DNA of 64,000 nt from a virus (IMGVR_UViG_3300031902_000003:1-64000); one strand, 5' to 3'; counted from the stretch's first letter, positions 19,280 to 28,201 are shown. Numbers and translations are program-made. Notes: generated by a model not told the origin, from the sequence alone.

Positions 19280-20412
19280 GAGTTGGATTGTCATTTTGGG
19301 GGTTTCAAGGAGATGTTAAGATCGGGCCAGGTGGAGAAGAACTTTCAACTCCAGATGGCAATGCGACATACACTTGGTCTCTCATCTGGGAAATGCAGAA
19401 GAGAGGTCACACTGTTTATGCAATGCAAGAAGACAGAGACTGGCACGGGTTTAGACGCTGGGGTTCTGGATTGTTCGGTTCATTCTCACAAGAGAAGAGA
19501 ACTTCTGCATACACAAATATCAAGAACACATTTGGTTCTTCTGAAATTCTTCCTAATCTTGATGTTCTTTTGATAGAGTGGAGATTCCCGATTCCTGGCA
19601 GGAATTGTGAAATCAACAAAGAAACTGGAGAGATTCTATTTCCAGAGCATGAATCTCAAAGAGGATTGCTTGACGAGAAGTATCAACGTGATCTCTTCAG
19701 GCAGACTCAGATTCTTCATCACTACAAACAATCTCACACGAGAATTATATTCTGGGATTTGGATCACAAACTCACGAAGGCAGATGAAATTAGATGGATG
19801 CCCGATGCAATCTTTGAAACCTCCACGTCACCTCTGGAGCTATCAAAGAAGAGAGTTAGTGTAGAACCACCATTCAATATCCCTGACCTTCTACAGCACC
19901 CCACGATCCCCCAAGACCCCAATAGAAAGTTGGTGTATATTGGTAGTCGTTATGAGAGGGACGATATCATTGATGAATGGATTAAGCCAGTCTCTGAAGA
20001 GTACCAGAATCAAGTTGAGTTTCATGGCAAGTGGGATGATGAAGCCAAGGTTAGATGGCCCAATATTAAGATGGGACAGCGTTGTACCGTCAGAGATTTC
20101 CAGGGATTATACGCTTCAGCATGCGCAGTTCCTCTTCTTGCAAAGAAGAGTTATCTAGAGACTGGATTCATTACTCCAAGAGTTTGGGAAGCTTTGTTAT
20201 TCGGTACGCTTCCAGTAGGACTAGGTACTGCTAAGGGGATTGAGAAGTATACGACTCTTATTGCAAACGATTCCAGTAACATGAAAGAGATTGTGAATGA
20301 ACTTTCTAAGCAGCCAATAGAAAGAAGAGGTACGCTTAGAAGAGACATGGTCGAAAGACTGGAGTTCATGGATGCAAAATACTTTGTTGACAAGATTGAA
20401 GAAGTTCTTTAA
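19276..20412 (+). CDS. GT-B glycosyltransferase (DNA-base glycosyltransferase / CgeB-like)
   Basis: N-terminal RVGLSFWGF...EMQKRGHTVY, IFWDLD, LVYIGSRYER, FHGKW, Y...AVP......Y..GFITPRVWEALLFGTLPV. Confidence 0.75.
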   Translation: MRVGLSFWGFQGDVKIGPGGEELSTPDGNATYTWSLIWEMQKRGHTVYAMQEDRDWHGFRRWGSGLFGSFSQEKRTSAYTNIKNTFGSSEILPNLDVLLIEWRFPIPGRNCEINKETGEILFPEHESQRGLLDEKYQRDLFRQTQILHHYKQSHTRIIFWDLDHKLTKADEIRWMPDAIFETSTSPLELSKKRVSVEPPFNIPDLLQHPTIPQDPNRKLVYIGSRYERDDIIDEWIKPVSEEYQNQVEFHGKWDDEAKVRWPNIKMGQRCTVRDFQGLYASACAVPLLAKKSYLETGFITPRVWEALLFGTLPVGLGTAKGIEKYTTLIANDSSNMKEIVNELSKQPIERRGTLRRDMVERLEFMDAKYFVDKIEEVL

Positions 20413-20437
20413 GAAAGAAAAACCAAAGGAGCAAACA

Positions 20438-20758
20438 ATGGCTAAGAAGAAGACGGTGAAGTTTAAGGTAACTGATGGCAAGCAACCAAAGAAGCTTGCG
20501 AGTGTTGGTGGTCCATTCGGACTTCGTGCTCCAATGAATGTCAATATTCCAGCAAGGTCAACGAGAACCTTGAAGCTTGGTTTGTCTTGTGAGCTTCCAG
20601 TTCTGTTGGTCGTTGGTGATCGACCTCCAGAGTTTTTCGCACCAGGTGTAGAACTCGCTGTGACGTTGGGATCTCGTGAAAGCACTGATTTCAGCGAGGG
20701 CGAAGTTGTCGCGAAGGCTTTTGTTCTTGACAACTCTGATGTGGAGCTTGCTGAGTAA
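20438..20758 (+). CDS. degenerate trimeric dUTPase-like protein
   Basis: FGLRAPMNVNIPARSTRTLKLGL and ELAVTL...FSEGEVVAKA resemble dUTPase motifs 1 and 4, but the RSG and DxDYxG motifs are absent. Start at ATG 20438 after SD aaggag. Confidence 0.5.
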   Translation: MAKKKTVKFKVTDGKQPKKLASVGGPFGLRAPMNVNIPARSTRTLKLGLSCELPVLLVVGDRPPEFFAPGVELAVTLGSRESTDFSEGEVVAKAFVLDNSDVELAE

Positions 20759-20940
20759 TGGATATCATGGTCCTGATTTTCCTTGGTATACTTATTCTTG
20801 GTTTGAGAATCGCGTATGTCAAGGAAAGAAGACGCTGGGAAACAGACGACACCATAGACTTCGATGATTGGAGAGGTGGAGATCCTTACCAGGAAGTTCC
20901 TGAAGACGCAAAGAGGATTGATCTTGAGACCAAGCTTTGA
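20758..20940 (+). CDS. small membrane protein
   Basis: N-terminal hydrophobic helix; TAATG coupling. Confidence 0.6.
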   Translation: MDIMVLIFLGILILGLRIAYVKERRRWETDDTIDFDDWRGGDPYQEVPEDAKRIDLETKL

Positions 20941-21364
20941 ATCTATTTGGATGAACCTCGCTGTAACTCTGGCAAAGAGGAGCACATGCAAACGTGCTCA
21001 TGTCGGATCAGTTGTTGTGTCCGAAGACAATCAGAGAGTTCTCGCAATAGGATATAACGGGAACTACAAGGGTGGACCGAATCATTGTGATTCAGATGAA
21101 CCGGGACTTTGTGGTTGTCTACACTCTGAAGAGAACTCTCTAATCAAGTTGAACTACAACGATTCATCTAGAAAGAAGATCTATACGACGACATCACCAT
21201 GTGTGCAGTGTGCCAAGAGAATCATTAATGCTAGCATAGACGAAGTGATCTATTTAAATGAGTATAGGAAGACGGAAGGTTTAGAACTTCTTAGATCATC
21301 AGGAGTTTATGTCAGGAAGATATCTCAAGGGGATATACAAATCGAAGAAGACAAAGCTGAGTGA
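20924..21364 (+). CDS. dCMP deaminase
   Basis: STCKRAHVG, IGYNG, CLHSEEN (HxE), SPCVQCAKRI (PCxxC). Probable TTG start at 20924 after gagg. Confidence 0.92.
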   Translation: MRPSFESIWMNLAVTLAKRSTCKRAHVGSVVVSEDNQRVLAIGYNGNYKGGPNHCDSDEPGLCGCLHSEENSLIKLNYNDSSRKKIYTTTSPCVQCAKRIINASIDEVIYLNEYRKTEGLELLRSSGVYVRKISQGDIQIEEDKAE

Positions 21365-21668
21365 GTGGTATGAATCTTCGTACGAGCTAGAAAGATTCAA
21401 AGCTCTTGATGCATCACCACTTGTAAAGTTCTGGACAAAGAGTCACGGTCTTAGAATTCCGTATAGAATTAAAAAGAGGAAGCATCATTACATTCCAGAT
21501 ATCTTAGTGGAATATAGAGACGGTAAGAAGTACCTTGAGGAAGTAAAAGGTTTTGTTTTCAATAGGATACAGTTCGGAGCAAAGAACATTGCAGCTATTT
21601 CTTATTGTATGTCTAAGGGAATGACATTTCGTATCATTTTTAAGGAACAACTGGCTGTTGTTCTATAG
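21309..21668 (+). CDS. PD-(D/E)xK nuclease, TnsA N-terminal / head-completion nuclease-like
   Basis: YESSYE...IPY...HYIPDILVEY...LEEVKG. Confidence 0.8.
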   Translation: MSGRYLKGIYKSKKTKLSEWYESSYELERFKALDASPLVKFWTKSHGLRIPYRIKKRKHHYIPDILVEYRDGKKYLEEVKGFVFNRIQFGAKNIAAISYCMSKGMTFRIIFKEQLAVVL

Positions 21669-21688
21669 TTAAGAATAGAGGATCTAAA

Positions 21689-21934
21689 ATGCTAAGCGAT
21701 GTATTCAAGAAGAAAATCAACATAGATGACGTTCTAAATAAGAATCTTCGCCAGGCGCTCGATGATATATCGAAGCAAGAAAACGTTCCAGTCGAGCAAC
21801 TTAAGCTACTTGGTGGTAATCTCTTCCTCGATCTTGATGCAGATGGAAAGGGAGATCTTACCATCGTTCTTCCAGATGGCAGAGAATTCTTTTACTCTGC
21901 AGAAGAAGATACTGTGTACGAGCCTAACGAATAA
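21689..21934 (+). CDS. hypothetical acidic protein
   Basis: SD gagg. Confidence 0.65.
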   Translation: MLSDVFKKKINIDDVLNKNLRQALDDISKQENVPVEQLKLLGGNLFLDLDADGKGDLTIVLPDGREFFYSAEEDTVYEPNE

Positions 21935-21942
21935 GGATCGAA

Positions 21943-22323
21943 ATGAAAAAGACAATCAAGAAGCAAGACGGCTCAGAAGAAGTTATCGAGGGTTCTGCGG
22001 AAGAAATTGCAGACTATGAGAAGAAGATGCGTGGAGAGGTTCGAGAGGCACCAAAGCCAGTTGGCCCCGGACTCTTAACGGACGAGGTGAAGCGCTTTCT
22101 AGAGACACTCAGGGACACTCAACAGCCATACGTGAGTGTGCCGTCTGTGTTTGCTTCACATCAACCATGGTGCGCAGCATTCACAAGTCCATGGTTTGGA
22201 ATCACTCCTCCACCTTGTAACTGTGGAGCTGGCATTTACAAAACTCAGATAACTTTGACTACAACGTCTGGCACTCTTGATATGTCTAATCCAAATACAG
22301 TTATTAAATTCGATGGAAATTAA
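21943..22323 (+). CDS. hypothetical protein
   Basis: SD aagga. Confidence 0.6.
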   Translation: MKKTIKKQDGSEEVIEGSAEEIADYEKKMRGEVREAPKPVGPGLLTDEVKRFLETLRDTQQPYVSVPSVFASHQPWCAAFTSPWFGITPPPCNCGAGIYKTQITLTTTSGTLDMSNPNTVIKFDGN

Positions 22324-22495
22324 TTCCACAAAGATTCCAAAGCCTCATGTGATAGAAGAAGTAGAGAAGCATCGAAAAGAAAAGGAACAAAGAATACCTG
22401 CTCCTCTTCACTTACCTCTTCCATCATATGATTATCCGGAAAAGAAAGAACCAGAAAAGAAAGGCGACTCAGTTATTCTGATTCAATTGTAGAAT

Positions 22496-22813
22496 ATGGC
22501 TCTCGATAAAGATAAGAACGTAAGAAGACTGGCATTTAGAATTCATTTGAACGATGAAAAGTTGTTCATGAAGCTTCTTGACGATGATAACATTACATAC
22601 CAATTCTTCGCAGATGCATGTGCTCAAGCATATTTGCGAGGTGATAGATCAATTCTTAAAGTTCTAAAGGACTGGAAAGATCTCACGACAGTTCCAGTTG
22701 AACACAGAGAACTTTATACATTGTCGCATAGAGAACGTTCATTGATTCAAAAAGAACTTGATGAGATTCAAGCAGAACAAGATATCAAACCAAACAAAAA
22801 GAATGGAGAATAA
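22496..22813 (+). CDS. hypothetical protein
   Basis: In-operon; abuts the next gene. Confidence 0.65.
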   Translation: MALDKDKNVRRLAFRIHLNDEKLFMKLLDDDNITYQFFADACAQAYLRGDRSILKVLKDWKDLTTVPVEHRELYTLSHRERSLIQKELDEIQAEQDIKPNKKNGE

Positions 22814-23095
22814 ATGGGTTCGCTAGATAGAAAGATTGAAAGAAACAGAATTCGTAATGAGTACAAGGAGTTCACCAAGCAATTCCAGATTGAGAAGAGA
22901 TTCCAAACTGAGAGACTTGCAAATGGAGAATCTCTTGGCAAGGATGAACAACGTCTTGGAACCAAGCCGAGCTTTAGCCAATTCATGAAGCGATTGAAGT
23001 CATTTGAACTCATGCAGAGAATAAACAAGAGCATTGCACAGAAGCAAAAGGTCGAGGATGATAAGAAGATCGATCTAGAATGGAAGGATGAATAG
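22814..23095 (+). CDS. hypothetical basic protein
   Basis: SD ggag; coupled to the upstream stop. Confidence 0.65.
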   Translation: MGSLDRKIERNRIRNEYKEFTKQFQIEKRFQTERLANGESLGKDEQRLGTKPSFSQFMKRLKSFELMQRINKSIAQKQKVEDDKKIDLEWKDE

Positions 23096-23371
23096 ACCCA
23101 GGAGGCAACAAACAGTTGCTCAAAGAACCTCGTTTTCGTTTTACAACAGTTAAACAACCAGGTACATTCAAGTTCACTCTTAAAATAACAGAACTTAATA
23201 CAGATCAGCCGATCAAGAAAAGAAAGACAAAGAAAGAAAAAAGGCGGATCAGAAAAATGTATAGACATCAAGAGGAAGAAGTAACTGAGAAGCATGACGA
23301 AGATAAAGCGGTTCGACCATCCTTTAGACAAGCTCCATCAAGTGGAAGCTTTAGAAAATAAGTGAGACAAA

Positions 23372-24001
23372 ATGAAGATTGTAGAGGCGTCAGCAGAGCT
23401 GCTGAGCATTACAGATATGCCTGCTGAACTGATAGAGAAGGCTGCAAGAGTTTGTTACAAGAGTGAGGAACAGATTGCTCCAGGTTCTGCAGACAGATTG
23501 ATTAAGAGTTGTATGAACAAACATCACATGTCTATCATTGAACATGGAGTTGCTTCATTTAGAATCATTTGTGATAGAGGTATCTCACATGAGATTGTTA
23601 GACATCGTATCGCAAGTTACTCACAAGAGTCTACGAGATATTGTAACTACGGTAAGGATAAGTTTGGAAATGAGATCACTGTCGTTGAACCTCCTGGTCT
23701 TGACTGGGAAACATCTAGATCTCATTGGGTGTCAGCGATGCTGAATGCAGAGACATCTTACTTTAAGTTGCTAGAGGCTGGCTGTACTCCACAGATTGCT
23801 CGTTCAGTTCTTCCAACATGTCTAAAGACAGAGTTGATTATGACAGCAAACTTTAGAGAGTGGAGACACTTTATCGATCTCAGAGAAGCCAAGACAGCTC
23901 ACCCACAAATAAGACCATTAGCTACGCAAATTAGAAAGATACTTATTGAGAGATGCCCAGCTGTATTCGGAGATCTGATAGGAGTTGAAAATGGGACTTG
24001 A
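23372..24001 (+). CDS. thyX: FAD-dependent thymidylate synthase
   Basis: HMSIIEH, RGISHEIVRHRIASYSQESTRY, QIARSVLP, ANFREWRHFIDLR, AHPQIR. Confidence 0.95.
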   Translation: MKIVEASAELLSITDMPAELIEKAARVCYKSEEQIAPGSADRLIKSCMNKHHMSIIEHGVASFRIICDRGISHEIVRHRIASYSQESTRYCNYGKDKFGNEITVVEPPGLDWETSRSHWVSAMLNAETSYFKLLEAGCTPQIARSVLPTCLKTELIMTANFREWRHFIDLREAKTAHPQIRPLATQIRKILIERCPAVFGDLIGVENGT

Positions 24002-24410
24002 GAAGGAAGAAGTTGCTAAGATATCTTGGAAGCCTGAGAATGAAGTGAAGCCGACAGGATTGACTGGTGACCCAGAAATAGATTCATTTCTCCTAGATTG
24101 TTTCAAAACGATGGAAGTGAAAGGAAAAGACTACACGTTAGGAAATAATGACATAGATAGACTATACAATTTTAGGAAGGTTGGTGGATTTATTGGTCTC
24201 GATATGGCTAAGGTGTGGTCTGTTTATTTTTCTAAACATATTTTTGCCATTTTGAATTTTGTAAAAACAGACGGACAATCAGAGAGTGAACCAATAGAGG
24301 AAAGGATAAAGGATGCAGTTGTTTATCTTTTGCTTTTTTTGAAGATCACAAGAGAAATGAAAAATGAAGAAACATCTAATCTACGCTCTGACAGATCCGA
24401 GGACAAATGA
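23985..24410 (+). CDS. nucleotide modification-associated domain 1 (DUF1599-like, all-alpha)
   Basis: KGKDY...LYNF...KH...EPIEERIKDAVVYLLL. Confidence 0.7.
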   Translation: MKMGLEKEEVAKISWKPENEVKPTGLTGDPEIDSFLLDCFKTMEVKGKDYTLGNNDIDRLYNFRKVGGFIGLDMAKVWSVYFSKHIFAILNFVKTDGQSESEPIEERIKDAVVYLLLFLKITREMKNEETSNLRSDRSEDK

Positions 24411-24615
24411 AATAAGATACGTGGGAAGATCAAGCAGCGGTTTGTCTAGACCAAATGCTAAACACTCTGGACATTGTGGTAACTGGGTAAAGAATCCGCA
24501 ATCTAATGGTTATAAGCCAAGCGTTAAAATTATTCAACAATTTGATTCGTATAGAAGAGAAAATATTGCTCAGATAAAAGGAATTCTTAAATTACCATTC
24601 TCGTCATCTCCGTGA
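24364..24615 (+). pseudogene. truncated GIY-YIG endonuclease remnant
   Basis: LIYALTDPRTNEIRYVGRSSSGLSRP matches the N-terminus of the 12956 ORF (IIYGLVDPRNGELRYVGQSSRGFDRP). It ends at 83 aa without the conserved Glu/Asn helix or NUMOD repeats. Confidence 0.7.
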
Positions 24616-24630
24616 TATAATAGGAACAAT

Positions 24631-25074
24631 ATGAAAAAGAGATCTATCAAAGAATACTTGGAATCAAGAGCTGAAAAGCAAAAGTTTGCTATCTCTGAGT
24701 TCGAAAGAACCTTGATTGTATACAACATTCCAATGCCTCCTTGCTATTCTGGAGTGGGACCAGGTTGGCTTCCAGTTGTGTCTGAGATGTTTCAGAAGAT
24801 GATTGCTGCTGGGTGGGACAGGAAGTTGGAACAAATCAAAGAGAAGTTCTGTCAACTCAGAGTCTATACTTCACAGAGTCAGTATGAGATGAAGGATGGA
24901 AAATTTGTCAAAGAAGGTGAGTTCATTAAGATAAACAAACTTGGTGAGATCATTGATGAGGCAGTAAAGAAGTGTGACGAGCTATGTGAAGATTGTGGCA
25001 AGGAAAGAGAGTTGAAGGGTTGCAGAACAGGGGCTGCATGGTGTAATGCTTGTTTGAAAGATGGTTATAAATGA
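24631..25074 (+). CDS. conserved phage hypothetical protein
   Basis: GPGWLP...QIKEKFCQLRVY...CEDCG pattern. Confidence 0.7.
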   Translation: MKKRSIKEYLESRAEKQKFAISEFERTLIVYNIPMPPCYSGVGPGWLPVVSEMFQKMIAAGWDRKLEQIKEKFCQLRVYTSQSQYEMKDGKFVKEGEFIKINKLGEIIDEAVKKCDELCEDCGKERELKGCRTGAAWCNACLKDGYK

Positions 25075-25628
25075 GACTCATTGTAGATCAAGATGAAATT
25101 TTGTGCAGGTGGGTCGATAGAATTCTCGAATGGTATAACGAGGATTATAAGACTGAGTTTACAAGACATGATGTAAAGAATTATTGGGACATGGAGAACA
25201 TTCTAGGTCCACAGGGAAAACCGTTCATCAGGTCTTGTATTCGTTATCCAGAACTTTATAGGGATCTTAATGAGGTTTCTGGAGCAGTCAAGGGCATGAT
25301 GAAGCTCAAGGATCTTGGTCATGACGTGATCATCGCCACCGCTGTTCCGCATCACGGTGGATTTGCGTACCATGGAAAACTTGAATGGCTAAGAAGAAAC
25401 ATGCCAGGGTTTCCTCTGAATAACTTTGTAGCAATTCAGAGGAAGGATCTTCTCAATGGAGATCTTCTTCTTGATGATGGTCCTCATAACATTGAAGCAT
25501 GGAACAAGACTGGAAGGACGTCTGTTGTATTTGATGCACCGTGGAACAAGGAATGCAAGGCTACGCATAGAGTAAGAAACTGGGAAGAATTTGTTAACCT
25601 TGTTGAAACACTTAGTGAAAAGAAGTAG
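25071..25628 (+). CDS. 5'(3')-deoxyribonucleotidase (HAD, NT5C family)
   Basis: IVDQDEIL, IATA, KLEWLRRN, LLDDGPHN, VFDAPWN. Confidence 0.88.
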   Translation: MRLIVDQDEILCRWVDRILEWYNEDYKTEFTRHDVKNYWDMENILGPQGKPFIRSCIRYPELYRDLNEVSGAVKGMMKLKDLGHDVIIATAVPHHGGFAYHGKLEWLRRNMPGFPLNNFVAIQRKDLLNGDLLLDDGPHNIEAWNKTGRTSVVFDAPWNKECKATHRVRNWEEFVNLVETLSEKK

Positions 25629-25661
25629 TATTTATCTGAGGCAATCAAGCCTAGAAAAGGA

Positions 25662-25946
25662 ATGGACAAAATGGCGAAGACAGTTACCAAGACGGAGAAG
25701 TTGCTGAGGCAGTTGAAGAAGACGAAGAATGGTATGACGAGGAAGGAGATGGTCACGTTCCTTCTCAGTCTAAGTCACAATGCGTATAGTGCTAGTTTGA
25801 ATGACAATCGAAACTATAACTCTACGCTTTATGGGACCAGCGCTCGAACTGGTATTCTTGAGAAGTTCTGTAAGAAGACCGGCGAAGGTACGTATGTTCT
25901 TCGTAAGTCTGCGAAGATTGAAGGTCCGTTCACCGAAGCTCGTTAA
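25662..25946 (+). CDS. hypothetical basic protein
   Basis: SD aagga; followed by a hairpin. Confidence 0.7.
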   Translation: MDKMAKTVTKTEKLLRQLKKTKNGMTRKEMVTFLLSLSHNAYSASLNDNRNYNSTLYGTSARTGILEKFCKKTGEGTYVLRKSAKIEGPFTEAR

Positions 25947-25955
25947 TAGCTTAAA

Positions 25956-25974
25956 GAGGCGGTAGCTCCGCCTC
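25956..25974 (+). terminator. probable terminator hairpin
   Basis: GAGGCGG-TAGCT-CCGCCTC with a weak T tail. Confidence 0.55.
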
Positions 25975-25981
25975 AACCTTT

Positions 25982-26326
25982 ATGACACCTCCCTTTATCT
26001 CAAAAGATCTATTAGATGAAAAGATCCTCGCAAAAGAACTCTATAATTACTGGATGTCATTGCTGAAGACAGATAAGGCAGAGGGTGTAGATGCAACGAT
26101 GTCTTGGGATTCACTCGACGACCCGTTCAGACAGGACTTTGAAGAAGCTGTGCGAACAGTCATCGTGATAGACTTGAAAGACTACGTCCAAGATGTAGAG
26201 AAGAATGGCAAGTTTGAAGATCCTAATACACCAAAGCATTTTCCTTGCTATATATGTTCTGGAGTGGCTGTACAGTATGCTGGTGGTGTATGCAACAACT
26301 GTGCCTTTAATCATCTAGGAGATTAG
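25982..26326 (+). CDS. hypothetical protein with C-terminal CxxC...CxxC
   Basis: CYICS...CNNC. Confidence 0.6.
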   Translation: MTPPFISKDLLDEKILAKELYNYWMSLLKTDKAEGVDATMSWDSLDDPFRQDFEEAVRTVIVIDLKDYVQDVEKNGKFEDPNTPKHFPCYICSGVAVQYAGGVCNNCAFNHLGD

Positions 26327-26328
26327 AT

Positions 26329-26607
26329 ATGGAAGAAGAAGTTAAGAAGCCGGTCAATATCCCTAGAACATTCTGGTCTAAAGCATACCTCAAAGAACTA
26401 GATCTTGGAGTCTTTGGTTTGTTTAGAGATTGGTTGGTTGAAGGAACAGATCCTAAGACAGGAGAGAAGACAAAGGAGAAGATGGGTAAGCCTGTCGGAC
26501 CTATTAAGGTCCTTCGAGAGGCCAAACAGGGTGAAGAAAAAGAGGTAGTGTTAAGAACCTTCCACCCAACTGAAAATCGTCCTATCGACCTCGTAGAGGT
26601 TCAGTGA
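26329..26607 (+). CDS. hypothetical protein
   Basis: SD ggag. Confidence 0.65.
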   Translation: MEEEVKKPVNIPRTFWSKAYLKELDLGVFGLFRDWLVEGTDPKTGEKTKEKMGKPVGPIKVLREAKQGEEKEVVLRTFHPTENRPIDLVEVQ

Positions 26608-26936
26608 GGCAAAGAGTGAGGCTTGCAAAGAGGCCACAGAGAGTAGACGTGTTCCTCGCCACAAGCCTGTACTTCCTGAACGTTATAGATACATTCCTTA
26701 CATTGTACGTCGTGCGTGTCGCAGGCACGTCTATGGAAATGAATCCATTTCTTCATTTTCTATTTACGTTCGGTGAGATCCCATTCCTTCTTACAAAGCT
26801 TGTAGGTGGATTGCTTCTTACTCTTATTCTTCTATTCTATCCACTTCCTAGAAGATATAGCATGGGATTGGTTGTAGCTACTATTGTTTACTTCTGCTTT
26901 ACGTCCTATCATCTATGGGGAGTGATCAATGGATGA
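26604..26936 (+). CDS. membrane protein (DUF5658-like)
   Basis: LNVIDTFLT...EMNPFL...TK plus three hydrophobic segments. Confidence 0.6.
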   Translation: MRQRVRLAKRPQRVDVFLATSLYFLNVIDTFLTLYVVRVAGTSMEMNPFLHFLFTFGEIPFLLTKLVGGLLLTLILLFYPLPRRYSMGLVVATIVYFCFTSYHLWGVING

Positions 26937-27210
26937 AGAGAAGTGCAAGCACGAGAAGTACACGACAACACACAAGATGGTCGTTGTTAAATTGCCAGAA
27001 CTAGAATCGTGGCAAATGATATTGAAAGTAAAGATTACTTGTGCTATCTGCAAGAAGCCATTTACTTTCAGAGCAAGACATGGATTCTCTACTCGTGAAC
27101 CAGTTATCAGCAATGATGAAGCTGAGCTTAGAGTTCCTATAGATTATCCTAAGGAAGAAGGAGAGGACGATTATATACCTCCTCTACCTGTAACTGATTT
27201 ACTCCACTAA
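26929..27210 (+). CDS. hypothetical zinc-ribbon protein
   Basis: CKH...CAICKKPF. Confidence 0.6.
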   Translation: MDEEKCKHEKYTTTHKMVVVKLPELESWQMILKVKITCAICKKPFTFRARHGFSTREPVISNDEAELRVPIDYPKEEGEDDYIPPLPVTDLLH

Positions 27211-27226
27211 CAAATTGTGATATAAT
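27198..27226 (+). promoter_or_regulatory. phage early-type sigma70-like promoter
   Basis: TTTACT-17-TATAAT; ATG 7 nt downstream. Confidence 0.75.
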
Positions 27227-27232
27227 ATTAGT

Positions 27233-27520
27233 ATGCCGACGTTTGACGAAAACGATATAGACATTGTCATGGGATCATTTGATGATATGATCATCAAGGA
27301 AGAGTCTCATGAACTTGACGTCGCTATCTCCAAATGTCCTATGTGTGGAGAGAGTCTTAATGAAAAAGAGTGGTATGCATTAAAGGTGGAAGATTCAGAG
27401 CTTGGAAACGTTCTTTGGGATATGTGCTCGATGTTCTGCTCAGTTTCATTCTTTAATCGGAAATATAGGAACGTGAGCAAGCTCTCTTCTTCTATTAAAA
27501 AAATGAGTGCTCCTAAGTGA
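27233..27520 (+). CDS. hypothetical protein (CxxC...CxxxC), apparently leaderless
   Basis: ATG 7 nt after the -10, no SD. Confidence 0.65.
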   Translation: MPTFDENDIDIVMGSFDDMIIKEESHELDVAISKCPMCGESLNEKEWYALKVEDSELGNVLWDMCSMFCSVSFFNRKYRNVSKLSSSIKKMSAPK

Positions 27521-27570
27521 TTGATTCAATTTCAATTTTTAAAAAAGTTCATATCGGTGGAAGAAAATGT

Positions 27571-27599
27571 TTCACTTCTTGTAAGACAGTGGTTATAAT
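27571..27599 (+). promoter_or_regulatory. early-type promoter
   Basis: TTCACT-17-TATAAT. Confidence 0.8.
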
Positions 27600-27675
27600 G
27601 GTTTCACAATGATGGAAAACGCCACCATCAAAAAAGAAGTGGCACTAACCGAAGTTCAAACAATGGAGAAACAAA

Positions 27676-28131
27676 ATGACTGAGACTACCAACACTGAGA
27701 TGACTGAGAAGTTGATGGCGGCTGGTGAGAAGGCGGAGACCCAGAAGCAGGCTCGCCGGGAGCGAGTTGTTAAGGGGGCTCACCTTCTTCCCCAGCTGAA
27801 GGACCTTGCCACTGCGGCTGGCCTCAATGTCGAGGAGAAGAGCGGCTTCCTGAAGGTTTCTGCCGGTGTAAAGGGCAAGAACGTTTACCTCGCTAAGAAG
27901 GGTGGCCGCGTTGATTTGAGCGGCTTCTCCGTCGAAGCGGCTGCTATCCGTCAGATTTCCGAGCAGGAGGCTCGGGAGAAGCACCTCGGCAAGGTTCGTG
28001 GTCAGCTTGACTTCAACCAGTCTGATGAGCAGGTCCTTGAGGCTTTCACTGCGGCTCTTAAGGAGGTTGCGGTCCGGGCTGAGCCGGCCGAGCCTCTCAC
28101 CGCTGGTGCTGAGACCGCCGAGGAAGAGTGA
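27676..28131 (+). CDS. early protein, paralog family A (copy 1)
   Basis: KSGFLKV...KGKNVYLA...RVDLSGF shared with the 58843 and 61870 ORFs. Confidence 0.85.
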   Translation: MTETTNTEMTEKLMAAGEKAETQKQARRERVVKGAHLLPQLKDLATAAGLNVEEKSGFLKVSAGVKGKNVYLAKKGGRVDLSGFSVEAAAIRQISEQEAREKHLGKVRGQLDFNQSDEQVLEAFTAALKEVAVRAEPAEPLTAGAETAEEE

Positions 28132-28148
28132 ATTAAGAGGTTGCTGTG

Positions 28149-28197
28149 ATGGTGCTCAGGGTTCGGTCCTGACAGACTGTGAAAGCCAGTCCACCAT
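28149..28197 (+). ncRNA. compact three-way-junction RNA structure
   Basis: ATGGTG/CACCAT closing stem enclosing TCAGG/CCTGA and GACTG/CAGTC hairpins, followed by TTTT. Confidence 0.5.
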
Positions 28198-28201
28198 TTT
28201 T

